Source of the DNA: Dimorphilus gyrociliatus
Lineage: Eukaryota; Animalia; Annelida
Assembly (NCBI GenBank): GCA_904063045.1
Contig: CAJFCJ010000026.1
Location: 350,964 to 414,963 of the forward strand
Direction: 5' to 3'
DNA length: 64,000 nt
Part shown: piece after piece, positions 12,149 to 24,659 of the stretch
How the letters are laid out: every line of letters begins with the position of its first letter
Position numbering within the stretch: position 1 is the stretch's first letter
The notes under the pieces: generated by a model
Seen by the model: the letters and a program-made list of their open reading frames with translations, nothing else
The model's database searches: none
Told to the model about the DNA's origin: nothing
Position numbers and translations under genes: made by a program

Positions 12149-14335
12149 CTCCCCGCCAAGAGGATGACAAAGTAACTGAATCCTCATTAAAAGGAGGATT
12201 TAATACTTCTTGTCCTGGGTCTTTCATAATGGCCGTCAGTGGTTTTGTAGAAATTGCATCTTCCGTGACAGCAAGTAGACTCCTCCAAACCTCATCTCTA
12301 AAATGATATGGAGCTCTGGGGCTTATGAAGCTCCACTTTCCATTAAATTTATTTGACACTTGGGTGAACGTTGCCGCATTATCTGACCTGATATTTATTA
12401 TAGGGCCTTTTAAATACCTCATTTTTAACAGAGCTAACTGAACGCTATCCTTACTCAAAGATTCAATTAGCTCCAAGGTAACGGCTTTTGTTTTCAAACA
12501 AATTCCTATGAGAACGTTCCTTTTTTCGCATTTTTAATTAAAAACGGTCCAAAAACATCTATTCCCCATCGATTCAAATGGAATAGGTTCTTCTATGATT
12601 TGATCCCTACAGGGCTGATTTGCGTTGTACTGGAATTTTCTGTTTTTTCTCCATTCTTCACACTCCTGACACTGGCCATAAACTTCATTCGCTAGAGCTA
12701 CCTCCGCAATTGTCCAAAATCGACGTCGCAATCTATGACGCTTGGCGTTAGGTCCAGAGTGACCAGTCCTCAAGTGAACGTACCTCAGTAATAATTTCGC
12801 CGCACTCATACTCTTATGAAGTAGTACTCTTGTTTCCTTGTTTCTTAGAACAACTTCCCATTGTCCCAATTAATTTCTGGACGTTTTTAACTTTTCCCTT
12901 GCCACAAGAGGTATAAGTTTCTGCTCTTCTGTGATTTTTCCGTTTATTACTAAGGTAAATTTAATTGGATTACCGGCTACTTCCTTCTTAAAATCCTCCT
13001 ATTGATCCCAAGGCAAGGATACCTTCCCCAAGAGGACTCTTTTCGTATTCTTATTTTCCATTATATTTTTTCAGCTCAAACCAATTTTCCTTTAATGATA
13101 AATCTTTTAACTTAGTTAATTGATCTGCAGGATTGTTATCTGTGGATACGTATTCCCATTGATGGTTGTCCGTGTGATTGAGAATTTTCTTTACTCTTTC
13201 TCTCTCGAAACGTACTAAAGGGATTGACATATTTTTAACCCTAACCCTAACCCTAAGCGTCCACATATACTCTGTAGGCAGAAGGGTTTCCTATATAATA
13301 TATTCCTATATATTGACTCCGTGATGAGGAATATAATTTACTATTGTAATATCTTTTGGTTAGGGAATTGCGATTTTCTCATTTAAGTATTCATTCATAA
13401 ATTCTCTCATCATATTCCTTTTCCAAGTCCGGATTTTTCTTAAAAGCTTTAAGTTGCTGTAACAGACGGTTTTCAGCCGTTTTCCGCGGGCAGAATTCTT
13501 TGAGGGTTCCGTTAGTAACCTCATTTATCAATAGCGGTGCTACGATTTTCTCATCCTCAATTATAGTTTTGTTTTCAAATCTTTTCGAGAGTATTTCGTC
13601 TTCTATGGATATTTTCATTTCCTTACTTTTGGGATTTTTAATTGCCATATTGCAATTAACATTTAGTTTGGCGTTTTTCTTGCCACCATAGCAAAACCAA
13701 CCCAGTTTATTTCTGATCAATGTCATTCCATTATGCAAGTTTTTTGAGTCTGTAGGATGCAATAACGAATAATAATCGTTACCTATTACCAATCCCACTC
13801 TCTTATTTTGAAGCTGAGGGATTTTGATGCCTCCGTCCTTAAATTCTTGTTCATCCACCATTTGCCTCGATCTGACAGCCATTTAGGTTCAATTTATACA
13901 AATTCGCAGTATGACGAATTACCCCAAGTCCATTTATAATCAGATCTGTCTGTCCGATAGATTTTACTTTCCACTTCCTCATTAAATCTTACCTTTGTTA
14001 TTATTTCACATTTGATTTAATTTTTCTGTCCAGTAAGTCTAACCTTTCTTCCAAACTATAAAGTTTTTGATCTAATAGTTCTGTGACTTGTTACAGAATG
14101 AATTTTCTTTAAATAACCTTTTATATCGCTCCTCTAGACGCAATATTTTGCCTTTAAATAGCATTATTAATTGTTCCTCCAAATGGATTAATTCTTCCTG
14201 TCGAGATGATTCTTCTTCTCGTACTGATTCATTTACGATAGGCAGGATTATCTTTTTAACCTTTGCGACTATTTTGTTTTCAAACTGATAACTATTATGA
14301 TGGAGGGCCGATAATCTATTAATTATTTGAAGCCA
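12149..14335 (-). mobile_element. BEL/Pao internal region, copy a (heavily deleted gag/PR/RT/RH/IN)
   Basis: IRSDNAATF, HxxxGHSG..FW..CxxC, WEYVSTDNNPAD, NYIPHHGV, VGLVIGND motifs; most of RT deleted at 13236. Confidence 0.9.
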
Positions 14336-17300
14336 ATCTTTTTCCAGTTATCTCTGGCTTTCTTACAGTTTTGCCAGTTTGCCATCAAGTCTCTATAATA
14401 CTTAATAAGAGTTTTTGGGCTTAGAACTTCTTGATCTGGGTCTTTCATAAGTGCCGGTAAGAGGTTTTGTGGAGACCGCTTCCTCAGCAACTGTGAGTAG
14501 ACTTCTCCAAATTTCGTCTTTAAAACAGTTCTTTAAATAAGGACGTAATATCCATTTCACTGTTCTGATTGATTGTTCCCACAAGCCTCCTTGATATGGA
14601 GCTCTAGGACTTAAAAACTTCCAATTCCCATTAAAATTCTTTGTAGCTTGGGCAAAGGTTGCTGCATTGTCTGATCTAATATTTGTTATAGGACCTCTTA
14701 AATATCTCATTCTTAATAGAGCTAGCTGAACACTGTTCTTGTTAAGAGATTCCATTAGTTCCAATGCAACAGCTTTTGTTTTCAAACACACTCCTATAAG
14801 GACATTCCTTTTATCACCATTTTTATTCGTGAATGGTCCAAAAACGTCTATTCCGATTGATTCAAAGGGAATCGGTTCACCAGTAATTTGATCCCTATAA
14901 GGTTGATTTCCATCATATTGAAACTTCTTGTTTTTCCTCCACTCTTCACATTCGTGACACTGATCGTAAACTTCGTTCGCTAACGTTACTTCTCCAATTG
15001 TCCAAAACAAACGCCTCAATCTATGACGCATGGCGTTAGGTCCAGAATGACCTGTTCTCAAATGCACATATCTCATGAGTACTTTCGCTGCACTCATGTT
15101 TTTATGCAGTAAAGTTCTTGTTTGTTTATTTCTTAGGACGACCTCCAATTGACCCAATTCATTTCTGGTCAATTTTAATTTTTCCATTGCTGGGGGAGGT
15201 ATAACTTTCTGTTTAATTGCGATTTTTTCGTTAATTAAATAGATAAATTTATTCGGATCACCCGCTACTTTTCTTTTAAAATCCTTCTCTTGCTCCCAAG
15301 GCTTTTCCCCAAGAGAACTTTTTGAACATTTTTTCTTTCCGTGGTATTTTCCAACTTAAACCAATTTTCCTTTAGGGAAAAATCTTTTAATTTTGTTAAT
15401 TTATCGGCTGGATTGTTCTCAGTGGGTACGTATTCCCATTGATAGTCATCTGTGTGATTAAGAATTTTCTTAACTCTTTCTCTCTCAAAACGTACTAAAG
15501 GGATCGATATGTTTTTGATATATGCCAGGACTGCTTTATTATCGGACAAGAATGTTGTTGTTTTCTTTTCCAATTTATAGGATTCAAACTCTAATGCTAG
15601 TTCAACACCTAATAAGGCCGCCATCAATTCTCTCCTCGGAGTCGACGATTTATTATCGGGATCGCCTTCCTTATTAAGGCGTGATTTCACTCCAATAATA
15701 TGCCAAGTTTTGTCTATAAAACCGTAAATAACTGCTCCATGACGATCCTTAGACGCATCTACCTATACCCGGTAAGCTGACGGGTTTCCAATATATCAAG
15801 GTAACTGAATTCTTTCGAGCAACTTTTTCGTTAGCATTTTCCATTCGTTTACGAATGGATCCGGGACTTTTGCATTCCAATTACTTGACTCCATATGACA
15901 ACATGCCTTTGACCATATAGTCTTAAACTCGGCTCTAATTGGCTCTATATAGTCAAGTGGGTCGAAAACTCTCATTAAAGCTGAATTCATTTCTCGATAT
16001 GACGGTTTCCAATTGCCACTCTAAGTAATCGTCCTTTGTATACTTGATTCCTAATATTCTTTCTGCCGTTGATTGATCTTCTCCAAATTTGGCAGCTAAT
16101 TCTGTTACATTAGAATCAAATTTAGTCAATTTAAAATAGGGCTTTAATGTCTCTTGCAAGTTTTTAGCCATTTGTTCTCATTCATCCAAATCATCACTTG
16201 ATTGCACCCAATTGTCGATATAGAAACTATTAGTAATTATTTCTTTCCATTCATGGTATAACTTTTCAGATTCTTCTATCAATTTTTGTAAGGATCTACA
16301 TGCTACGAAAGGAGAACCTTTTAAACCAAAGGTGTGTCTTGTTAAGACAAACTCCTTTATGTTTTCTTTGGTTTTATTAACTCCTTTTTCCCAATATAAA
16401 AATCCGCAATACTTATAATGCGACTTCAATAAATGGATTTGGTGAAACATTGCCTTTATGTCTGCAACAATGAGGTACCTTTTGAGACGAACCTTTATCA
16501 ATATTTTTCTAATGTTGTTGCTATTTTTTCGTTTAAATATTCATAAATTCTCTCATCATATTTCTTTTCCAAATCCGGATTATTCTTAAAAGCTTTAAGC
16601 TGCTGTAACAAACGGTTTTCTGCTGTTTTCCGCGGGCAGAATTCTTTGAGTGTTCCGTTAGTAACTTCATTTATTAGTAAAGGTGCTACAATTTTCTCAT
16701 CTTCAATTATAGTTTCCCTTTCAAACTTTTTTGAGAGTATTTCATCCTCTATTGATATTTTCGTTTCTTTACTTTTTGGGTTTTTAATTCAATATTGCAA
16801 TTAACTCGAATTTTAGTATCCTTTCTACTACTGTAACAAAACCAACCTAATTTGTTTTTGACCAAAGTCATTCCATTACCCAAGTTTTTAGAATCTGTGG
16901 GATGTAGTAACGAATAATAATCATTGCCCACTACCAATCCCACTCTTTTATTTTGAAGCTGGGGGATTTCGATGCTTCCAGACTTAAATTTTTGTTGATC
17001 CACTTTTGGCAAATGTTTAACACCATATGCCTCTATCTGGCATCAGTTTAAATTCAACCTATAGAAATTTGCAGTATGTCGAATTACCCCAAGTCCGTTT
17101 ATAACCAGATCTGTCTGTCCGATAGGTTTTACTTGCCACTTCTTCATCAAGTCTTCCCTTACTAGCGTAATGTCTGATCCAGTATCTCCTATTGCAACCA
17201 AATTTTGTCGTTTAGCATTAACCTTAATTTCGACTATATTTGCTGTTTTTGCTTTATTTTCTACAACTAGCAATGCATTTTCAATCTTTCTACAATTATG

Positions 17301-19267
17301 CAAAGCAGAATGGACTTGTTGATGGCACCCGTCACATGATTTTTTGGTACAATTTCTAGATTTATGACCAATTTTTAAACAGTTTAGACATCTGTTTAAT
17401 TTGGTTAATTTTTCTTTTCTTATAAGTTTACTGTCCCTTTCGAACTCCGGGCACTCTGACATCCTATGTCGGCCTTCGCAGTAATAACATGTTATTCTCC
17501 CAATCTGATGATCTTTCGGATAATCTTTATTTCTACCTTCATTCCTATGCACAGACTTTTGTGAATCGGGAATCGAAGAATATTGTAAATAGACTGCTTT
17601 ACTTTGCTGAGATTCTAAGAATTTAATCAACTCTATTTCAGGTTCATATTCATCTGTGCCAATTTTACTTTTAGTTCTTTTTACCCATAACTCCTTTAGT
17701 GGTTCGGTAAAATTACCAACTGCAACAGCAACCATTGGTCGGACCTGTTTTGCTCCAAACAATTTTATGGTACTTCTTATATATTCTGCGAGATTGATTA
17801 AAGTATCGCCGGTACTTATATCCAGTTTCCCGTAACCATGAATTCTGTTAACCATTTCCTCGTATTTGTCTATTCTGTTAAAGTGGCGATCTAGTCTCTC
17901 TAGAGCAGATTCAAAACTTCCGCTTGGATGGGAAGCATATTCTTGGATTAGAGTCTTTACTGATTCATCTAATCGTGACATCAAAGCTTCAAATTTAACA
18001 TAACTGTCAACATTCGGAAACTTCTCTGAAAATGTTCCTATTCGGCGTCTGAATACGTCATACTCTACAGGGTTTCCTCTGAATTCTGTTATTCGACCAA
18101 ATAAATCTTTAATTTCTTCCTCTGAGGATTTACTTCTGCTAAAGTTCATACAGCAATTACTTAGGTTTCCTTTCATATTCGATTTCATTTTTCCGTCCAG
18201 CAACTCTAGCTTTTCTTCCAAACCATAAAGTTTTTTATCTAATAACTCTGTAACTTGTTCCTTTATACAGAACGAGTTTTCTCTAAATAACCTTTTATAT
18301 CGCTCCTCTAGACGCAATATTTTGCCTTTAAAAAGGTTTATTAATTGTTCCTCCAAGTGAATTAGTTCTTCCTGTCGAGATAATTCTTCTTCTCGTACAG
18401 CTTCATTTATGATAGGCAGGATTATCTTTTTAACCTTTGCGACGATTTCGTTTTCATACTGATAACTATTATGTTGGAGGACTGATAGTCTATTAATTAT
18501 TTCTTTTGATTTATCCTCCAAATCCTTTTTCTCCAGACTTCCGATTTTGGTAGCTCTGAGTTTATTGAATTTGAATCTTCGTAATCTTCTAAAGGAGGGA
18601 ATTCTTCTTCGAAAGATCTTTGTTCCAAAACGTGAGTTTCTTTTGATTTGAATTTTGTCTCTTTCATCCAAAATTCTGAATTAAAGGGTTTCTTTACAAA
18701 CTTCGCTGTTTGTAACCAACCGTTATCATTGTCCTCTTCCTTTGGAACATATAATCCATCTTTAATATTCTCCTCCATTTTTTCTAACCAGCTTCCGATT
18801 TCGTTAAGATCTGAGGAACAATACATTCCAACTTTCTCTCTTGTCCAAATTAAGATGTCCTTAACGTACCAAATTTTAGCTAGAACTTTGGCCCTTGTGT
18901 GGCTCTTTCTTGCTTAAATCCTTAAAAGAGGAGTTTTTTGGTGTAACAACCTTGAGACTAACGCACTTTTTAATTGAGATGGCAATATTGAATCTTCGAA
19001 TTCATCAGAATTTATATTACTCGCCATTTTAATTTTCAAAAATTTTCCAACGGTCAACGTTCTATCTTCCCAACGGTTATAAATACCTTTAATTCTCGAT
19101 TATTGAAAATATTCTCTTCTACCGAACAATTAGAAATATTCTTAACTCTCAACGGATAAGATATTCTCTATTTTCGAACGTAGGAACAATCTAAATTCTC
19201 CTTCCTGAATTGTCCCGAAAACGTAAAACGAATTTTGTTACTTTTGAGAACTTTGTATTGTCTTCAC
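14336..19267 (-). mobile_element. BEL/Pao internal region, copy b (gag-pol broken by frameshifts and deletion)
   Basis: Gag with three knuckles CYYCEGRHRMSEC, CLNCLKIGHKSRNC, CDGCHQQVHSALH; PR AIGDTGS; RT ADIKAMFHQI, FGLKGSPF, FYIDN; RH PRRELMAA, NPAD; IN GIDVFGP, SDNAATF, APYQGGLWE. Confidence 0.95.
17043..18826 (-). pseudogene. BEL/Pao gag-protease reading frame (frameshift near 18500)
   Basis: ORFs 18497-18826 and 17043-18671; DUF1759-like FRGNPVEY..KFEALMSRL..ALERLDRHF. Confidence 0.85.
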
Positions 19268-19475
19268 TTTTGAATAAAGTAGGAGAAAGACTTTAATTTA
19301 ATAATCACCGTGAACATGTATCTTAGCGATATATGCGAAGGTGAAGAAAATTCAGTTACTGATCGTATACGCAGGGAGCCACCTTGCGGGAGTTCGCATG
19401 ACGTTACGTTTTATAAAGGAGATCGTGGCCCTCTGTTGGCTATTATAAACGTTAATTAGCGTAACTTATTTAACA
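19268..19475 (-). mobile_element. BEL/Pao 5' LTR, copy b
   Basis: Sense TGTTAAATAA...TTATTCAAAA, immediately followed by GTGAAGACAAT (19257-19267). Confidence 0.9.
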
Positions 19476-20106
19476 AAAATGGAGGTAAAGTTTCTGGCAG
19501 GTATTTGAAATAATGTAAAAATTCCAACTTGACTGAATAATTTATCACGTATCCTTTATTTTGGATGACAAGACGTCATCTCTTTTTTATGCAGCTATAT
19601 AAATCTTTTACATTGTCTTCAGAAATCAAAAAAATATTCCTCTTCCTCCATCTTGTTTTGTCTTAAAAAAGATTAAGATACTTTTAAAGTGTGGCATCGT
19701 GCTCCATCCTGTTCAAAGATGTTCTCCGTCTTATAGATAGGAAGTAGACACTCTTTTTAAAGTTGAGATATATTTCTCTCAGTCTATTCATTGCTTTTGT
19801 CGATAATGGCCTAAAATGTTAAATTATTTAATTAGTATGGTTTCTTTCTTAAGTATATCATATACAAAACGATAACAAATTATTTATAACAAAACACACT
19901 TTCTATCATAAAGCCATAGTGTGCTGTTAAGGGAATAGAAACCACATTAAAGTAATATGTGTTATTTCTTTCTAAAATTAAGCATTTGAGAAAAATTTTA
20001 AAACGCTTTGATCTGAACAGGACGGGAACCATACTATATATATTTTAATTCCCTTGTGAAAAAAATATTAACTTAATCATTTAATGTGTATTATAGGTGT
20101 TGAGGG

Positions 20107-20403
20107 GGACAGAAACCACACTAAAATACCCGTGAAAAAAGCGCAAAAAATTTAAAAAAGTTTTATTATTTTGGACAGGACGGGAACCAGTTTAGAAAAA
20201 GATGTATAATTTAATAATTAAAGAGAGTATTCATTTTAAATTGAAATGAAAAATCGAAAGTTAAAAGGTTTTTTAGTTCAACGAAAATGAAAATTTATCT
20301 TAAAATTCCCAAAAGTAACAATCAAAACATTGCTTTTACATTGAATAGGGGGCTGGAGCCGTACTAAAATTTATTTCAATATCTGTTGTTTTTGAAGGGG
20401 CAG
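20107..20403 (+). repeat. ~297-bp near-identical direct duplication (copy 1; copy 2 at 24662-24958)
   Basis: ggacagaaaccacactaaaatacccgtg ... tttgaaggggcag present twice with few differences. Confidence 0.9.
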
Positions 20404-22138
20404 TAACTTTTGAATAAAGTAGGATGAACTTTATTTTAAACGTCACCGTAATCAAGGATCTTTATTTACAAGATCTTGAGTCGGTGAAGACAATTAAGCT
20501 ACTGATAGTCTAATAACTGGTAAGAGCCACCTGGCGAGGGTGTATAACCCGTTTTAATATATCGCAAAGCCCTCTGTTGGCTGTACAAGTACTATCGAAC
20601 AACGAATCTTATGAGATTGTTTGTACCCTATCATAAATTATTTAACACTCCCCGCCAAGAAGGTGACAAGCATCTGAGTCCTCACCAAAGTACACAAAAA
20701 AAACATACATATAACAAAGAATCCAATGAAAAAGTTATTACTTACGCTTATGCGAATTTCTTTCCCGTCTGAGCTCCTGACTTCAGCATTCCTAATTTTC
20801 CCATCATCTGACTTGATCAACTGAGAAATTTTCGCTTTTTCATACTCAGCTCGGGTTTTTATCATTGTTGATTAACACTTTTTGCCCAACCTTTCTTATC
20901 TTCTCTAACTTCTCTCTATACCTCTTCCAACATTTCTTTATTCCATCTAAAGCAAATTTTCTTCCAATTTTCTCTGGCTCTCCTAGAATTTTGCCAATTC
21001 GCCACTAAGTCTCGATGATACTTAGCAAGTGTTTTTGGACTTGGTACTTCTTGATCTGGATCCTTCATAAGGGCGGTGAGAGGTTTTGTTGAAATTGCTT
21101 CCTCTGCGATGGCCAGCAGACTCCTCCAAATATTATCCCTAAAATGATTCTTTAGATAAGGACGTAAAATCCATTTAACTGTTCTAATTGAACGCTCACA
21201 AAGACCTCCCTGATACGGTGCTCTGGGGCTAATGAAACTCCATTTTCCATTAAATTCCTTTGATGCTTGGGTGAAAGTCGCCGCATTATCCGATCTAATA
21301 TTTCTCATAGGACCTCTTAAGTATCTTATCGTTAATAGCGCTAGCTGAACACTGTTTTTATTCCATGATTCGATCAATTTTAACGCAACAGCTTTTGTCT
21401 TTAAGAAAATTTTCATGAGGACATTCATTTTTTCACCATTTTTATTTGTGAATGGTCCAAAGACATCTATTCCTATTGAACGGGATAGGTTCGCCGATGA
21501 CTTGATCCCTGCAAGGCTGATTTGCGTCATACTTACTTTGTTTTTTCTCCACTTCTCGCTCTCCTGACACTGGCCGTAAATCTCGTTTGCTAATAATACC
21601 TCCCCGATTGTCCTAAACAGACGCCGTAATCTATGACGCTTGGAGTTGACGCTTTATCATCAGGATCGCCTTCCTAACCTAACCGTAACCCTTTCTTAGC
21701 CATCTACTCCAATTCTTCTAAGTCGTCGCTTGTTTGCACCCAATCGTCCATGTAGAAATTCTTAGAAATTACTTCTTTCCATTCAGGAAGTAAGTTTTTT
21801 GATTCTCCAATCAACCTTTGTAAAGATCTGCATGCCAGGAAGGAAGAGCCCTTTAGAGTCTAGTTAATACAAACTCTTTAATGTTTTCCTTAGTTTTATT
21901 AACTCCTTTCTCCCAGTATAAGAACCCGCAATACTTATAATGCGTTTTCAATAATATTTTTTCAGACGAATCTTTTTACTATTTCTCGGATATTATTCTT
22001 TGGGGATTCCATTGGTAACTTCATCTATCAATAGTGGTGCTGTAATTTTGTCATCTTTGAATCTTTTGGAAAGCACTTCATCTTCTATGAATATTTTTAT
22101 CTCCCTGTTTTTTGGATTTTTAATTGCAACATTGCAAT

Positions 22139-22345
22139 GGGACCTGTCGAAAACGGCCATACATAAAATATTTGAAGTTTAGATTTCAAGCTGGGAAATG
22201 GTTATGAGGAATAAGATAAGTATTGATATGTACTTAGGTTTGTCCCATCTAAGGGTTAGGGGCATTGAAAAAGGTTAGGCAAAACCAAGGGCTAGGTTAG
22301 GGTTAGGGTAAAACAGTAAATTTATGGCCGTTTTTTACCACATCC
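22139..22345. mobile_element. Telomeric MITE (subfamily 3) inserted in BEL pol, perfect 9-bp TSD
   Basis: TSD cattgcaat at 22130-22138 and 22346-22354; flanks rejoin to the sequence seen at 13640-13690. Confidence 0.95.
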
Positions 22346-22583
22346 CATTGCAATTGATGATTAGTTTAGCATTTTTTTCTGCCACCATAACAAAACCAGC
22401 CCAATTTGTTTCTAATCAATGTCATTCCATTATCTAAGCTTTTTGAGTCTGTGGGGTGCAATAAAGAGTAATAATCGTTACCCACTACCAATCCCACTCT
22501 CTTATTCTGCAGGTGAGGGATTTTAATACTTCCATCAGTTTACAAAAAAATTCTTTCTATGAATACATTGACCTGTCAAAATG

Positions 22584-22791
22584 GGGGCCGACATAAAACG
22601 TCCCCAAATGAGATTTTTCAGAGCAACATTTCGGATTGAAAAATGGGTGGCAGGAGTAAAGTAGCTTTTGATTCATAGTTAGGGGGGTTCCACCTAAGGG
22701 TTAGGAGTAATCAAAAAGGTTAAGGAGAGACAAGGACTAGGTTAGGGTTAGGGTTAAAAGCGTGCATTCGGGGACGTTTTCTGTAGTATCC
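22584..22791. mobile_element. Telomeric MITE, twin of 1500-1707
   Basis: Near-identical, within the duplication ~1452-2290 / ~22535-23370. Confidence 0.9.
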
Positions 22792-24044
22792 GTTGGCATC
22801 CGTCGGATGGCTTTCTGGTACAATTTTGTGGAAAATGACGAATTTTGAAGGAATTTAAACAAAGATTTAATTGAAAAAATTTACTGTCTTTTTAAAACTC
22901 TGAAGAGTCTGACATCCGGTGTTGGCCTTCGCAGTCTACTGCTGGGGGCGTCTCTCTTGGGATTCTAAAATTGAACTCATTCTTTTTCAGGTTCATACTC
23001 GTTAGTGCCAACTTTATCCTTAGTTCACTTCACCCACAATCCTTGCAAGGATTCGCTAAAACTGGCAAGCACAACAGCAAGCGTTGGTCTAACATGTTCT
23101 GCACCAAACTGCTCTGTGGGATCTCCTTTGATCTACCGAAATTCACGCAGCAATCATTAAATTTCCTCTCATCATTCCAATCTTTTCTCTCTTCTCTACG
23201 ATAGAATTTTTCTTCTCATAGTTCAATCACTTGTTCTTTTGTACAAGATGATTTTTCTTTCAATAGCTTTAGTAATCGTTCCTCCAAACGAGCTAACTCT
23301 TTTTTTAACCAGCTGATTATTCCTCTTCTACTCATTCATTTACGATAGGCAAGATTATCCTTTAGCCCTTGTGTGACTATTTCCCGCATAGATCCGTCTA
23401 AGTGGGGCTTTCTTATGTAATAACTTTGTAACTAAGGCGCTTTTTAGTTGAGACGGCAATATGGAATCTTTGGAATCATCACAATTCATATTACTTGCCA
23501 TTCTTAAATTTAAACATTTAACGGTCAAAACGTTCTTTTTCTCAAACGATCAAAAACGTTCTTTTCTTCTAAACAGTTAGGAATATTTTCAACTCCAAGC
23601 TATCAAAAAGATTCTCTTCTTCCAAAACGATTAGAGATATTCTTAACTCCAAACGATTAAGATATTCTCTTCTTTCGAATGTAAAGAATAATACAATTTA
23701 TCCTTACCGAATTGTCCCAAAAACGTACTCGAATTCGTTTAATATACTCCAAAGTATTTTAAACTACTTTTCTTGTTGACGACTTCGTATTGTCTTCACT
23801 TTAGAATGAAGCAGGATAAGCTTTATTTCAATAGTCAACGTAATCAAAAAGATGTTGAGGCGGTGAAGACAATTCACCTAATGACTATTTGTCGGTAAGA
23901 GCCACCTGGCGAGGGTATATAAGACGTTTTAATATACCGCAAAATAACCAAAATAAGGGGATTGTTAAACATTGTGCACATCCTCAGAAAAGAATATAAA
24001 TCCAATTTAAAAACAAAAGAGTTATATTAAGAAAATAATCCCCT

Positions 24045-24223
24045 TAACCCTAACCCTAACCCTAACCCAGCCCTTAGCTGTACCTAACCTTTTGCATTAC
24101 CCCTAACCCTTAGAGGAGACCCTCCTAAGTACAAATCAGTTGCTGTTTTCTTCTGCCTAACCATTTCTCAATCCAAAAACTTGTCTTGAAATTTCTGATT
24201 TGTGGACGTTTTCTGTCGACCCC
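24045..24223. mobile_element. Telomeric MITE truncated at its (TAACCC)4 tract
   Basis: Body and right TIR gtggacgttttctgtcgacccc match 2765-2972; left TIR absent. Confidence 0.88.
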
Positions 24224-24659
24224 ATTGAAAATTGTACTCAAATAACAGTATTATGTTTATCCAAATGTCATTTCGTTAAAGCAATTGGCAGTGTAAATTG
24301 GTAAGGCAATTTGTTGTAATCTAAATTCTAAAGTTGGAAAATCAATATTTCGAAATATTACAGAAAATTGTACTAAATTAACAGACCTACGTTTATCCAG
24401 TTGTTGTTTCAATTAATATATTGACAGTTTTTTTACTAAAGCAATTGGTTGTAATCAACAACTTAGCATTTTAAATTTGCAAGAAAATAGACTAGCATTT
24501 TTGAAAATCTTGTCCATATTTACTATAATAGAGGTCGACTAATAAATCCGGACATAAAGGATATTACTTTAAACTTGGATATATACAGTCCCAATAAAAA
24601 ATCTTGGGCAGATATTTATAAAACTGAATTTAAAGATAACATTCATTTCAACATTTTTT

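Larger units (their letters stand above)
20408..23945 (-). mobile_element. BEL/Pao copy c: 3' LTR 20408-20647, deleted internal region, truncated 5' LTR 23800-~23945
   Basis: PPT at 20648-20656; IN GIDVFGP/SDNAATF/APYQGGL; RT and PR fragments; gag fragment; putative PBS at 23789-23799. Confidence 0.9.
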
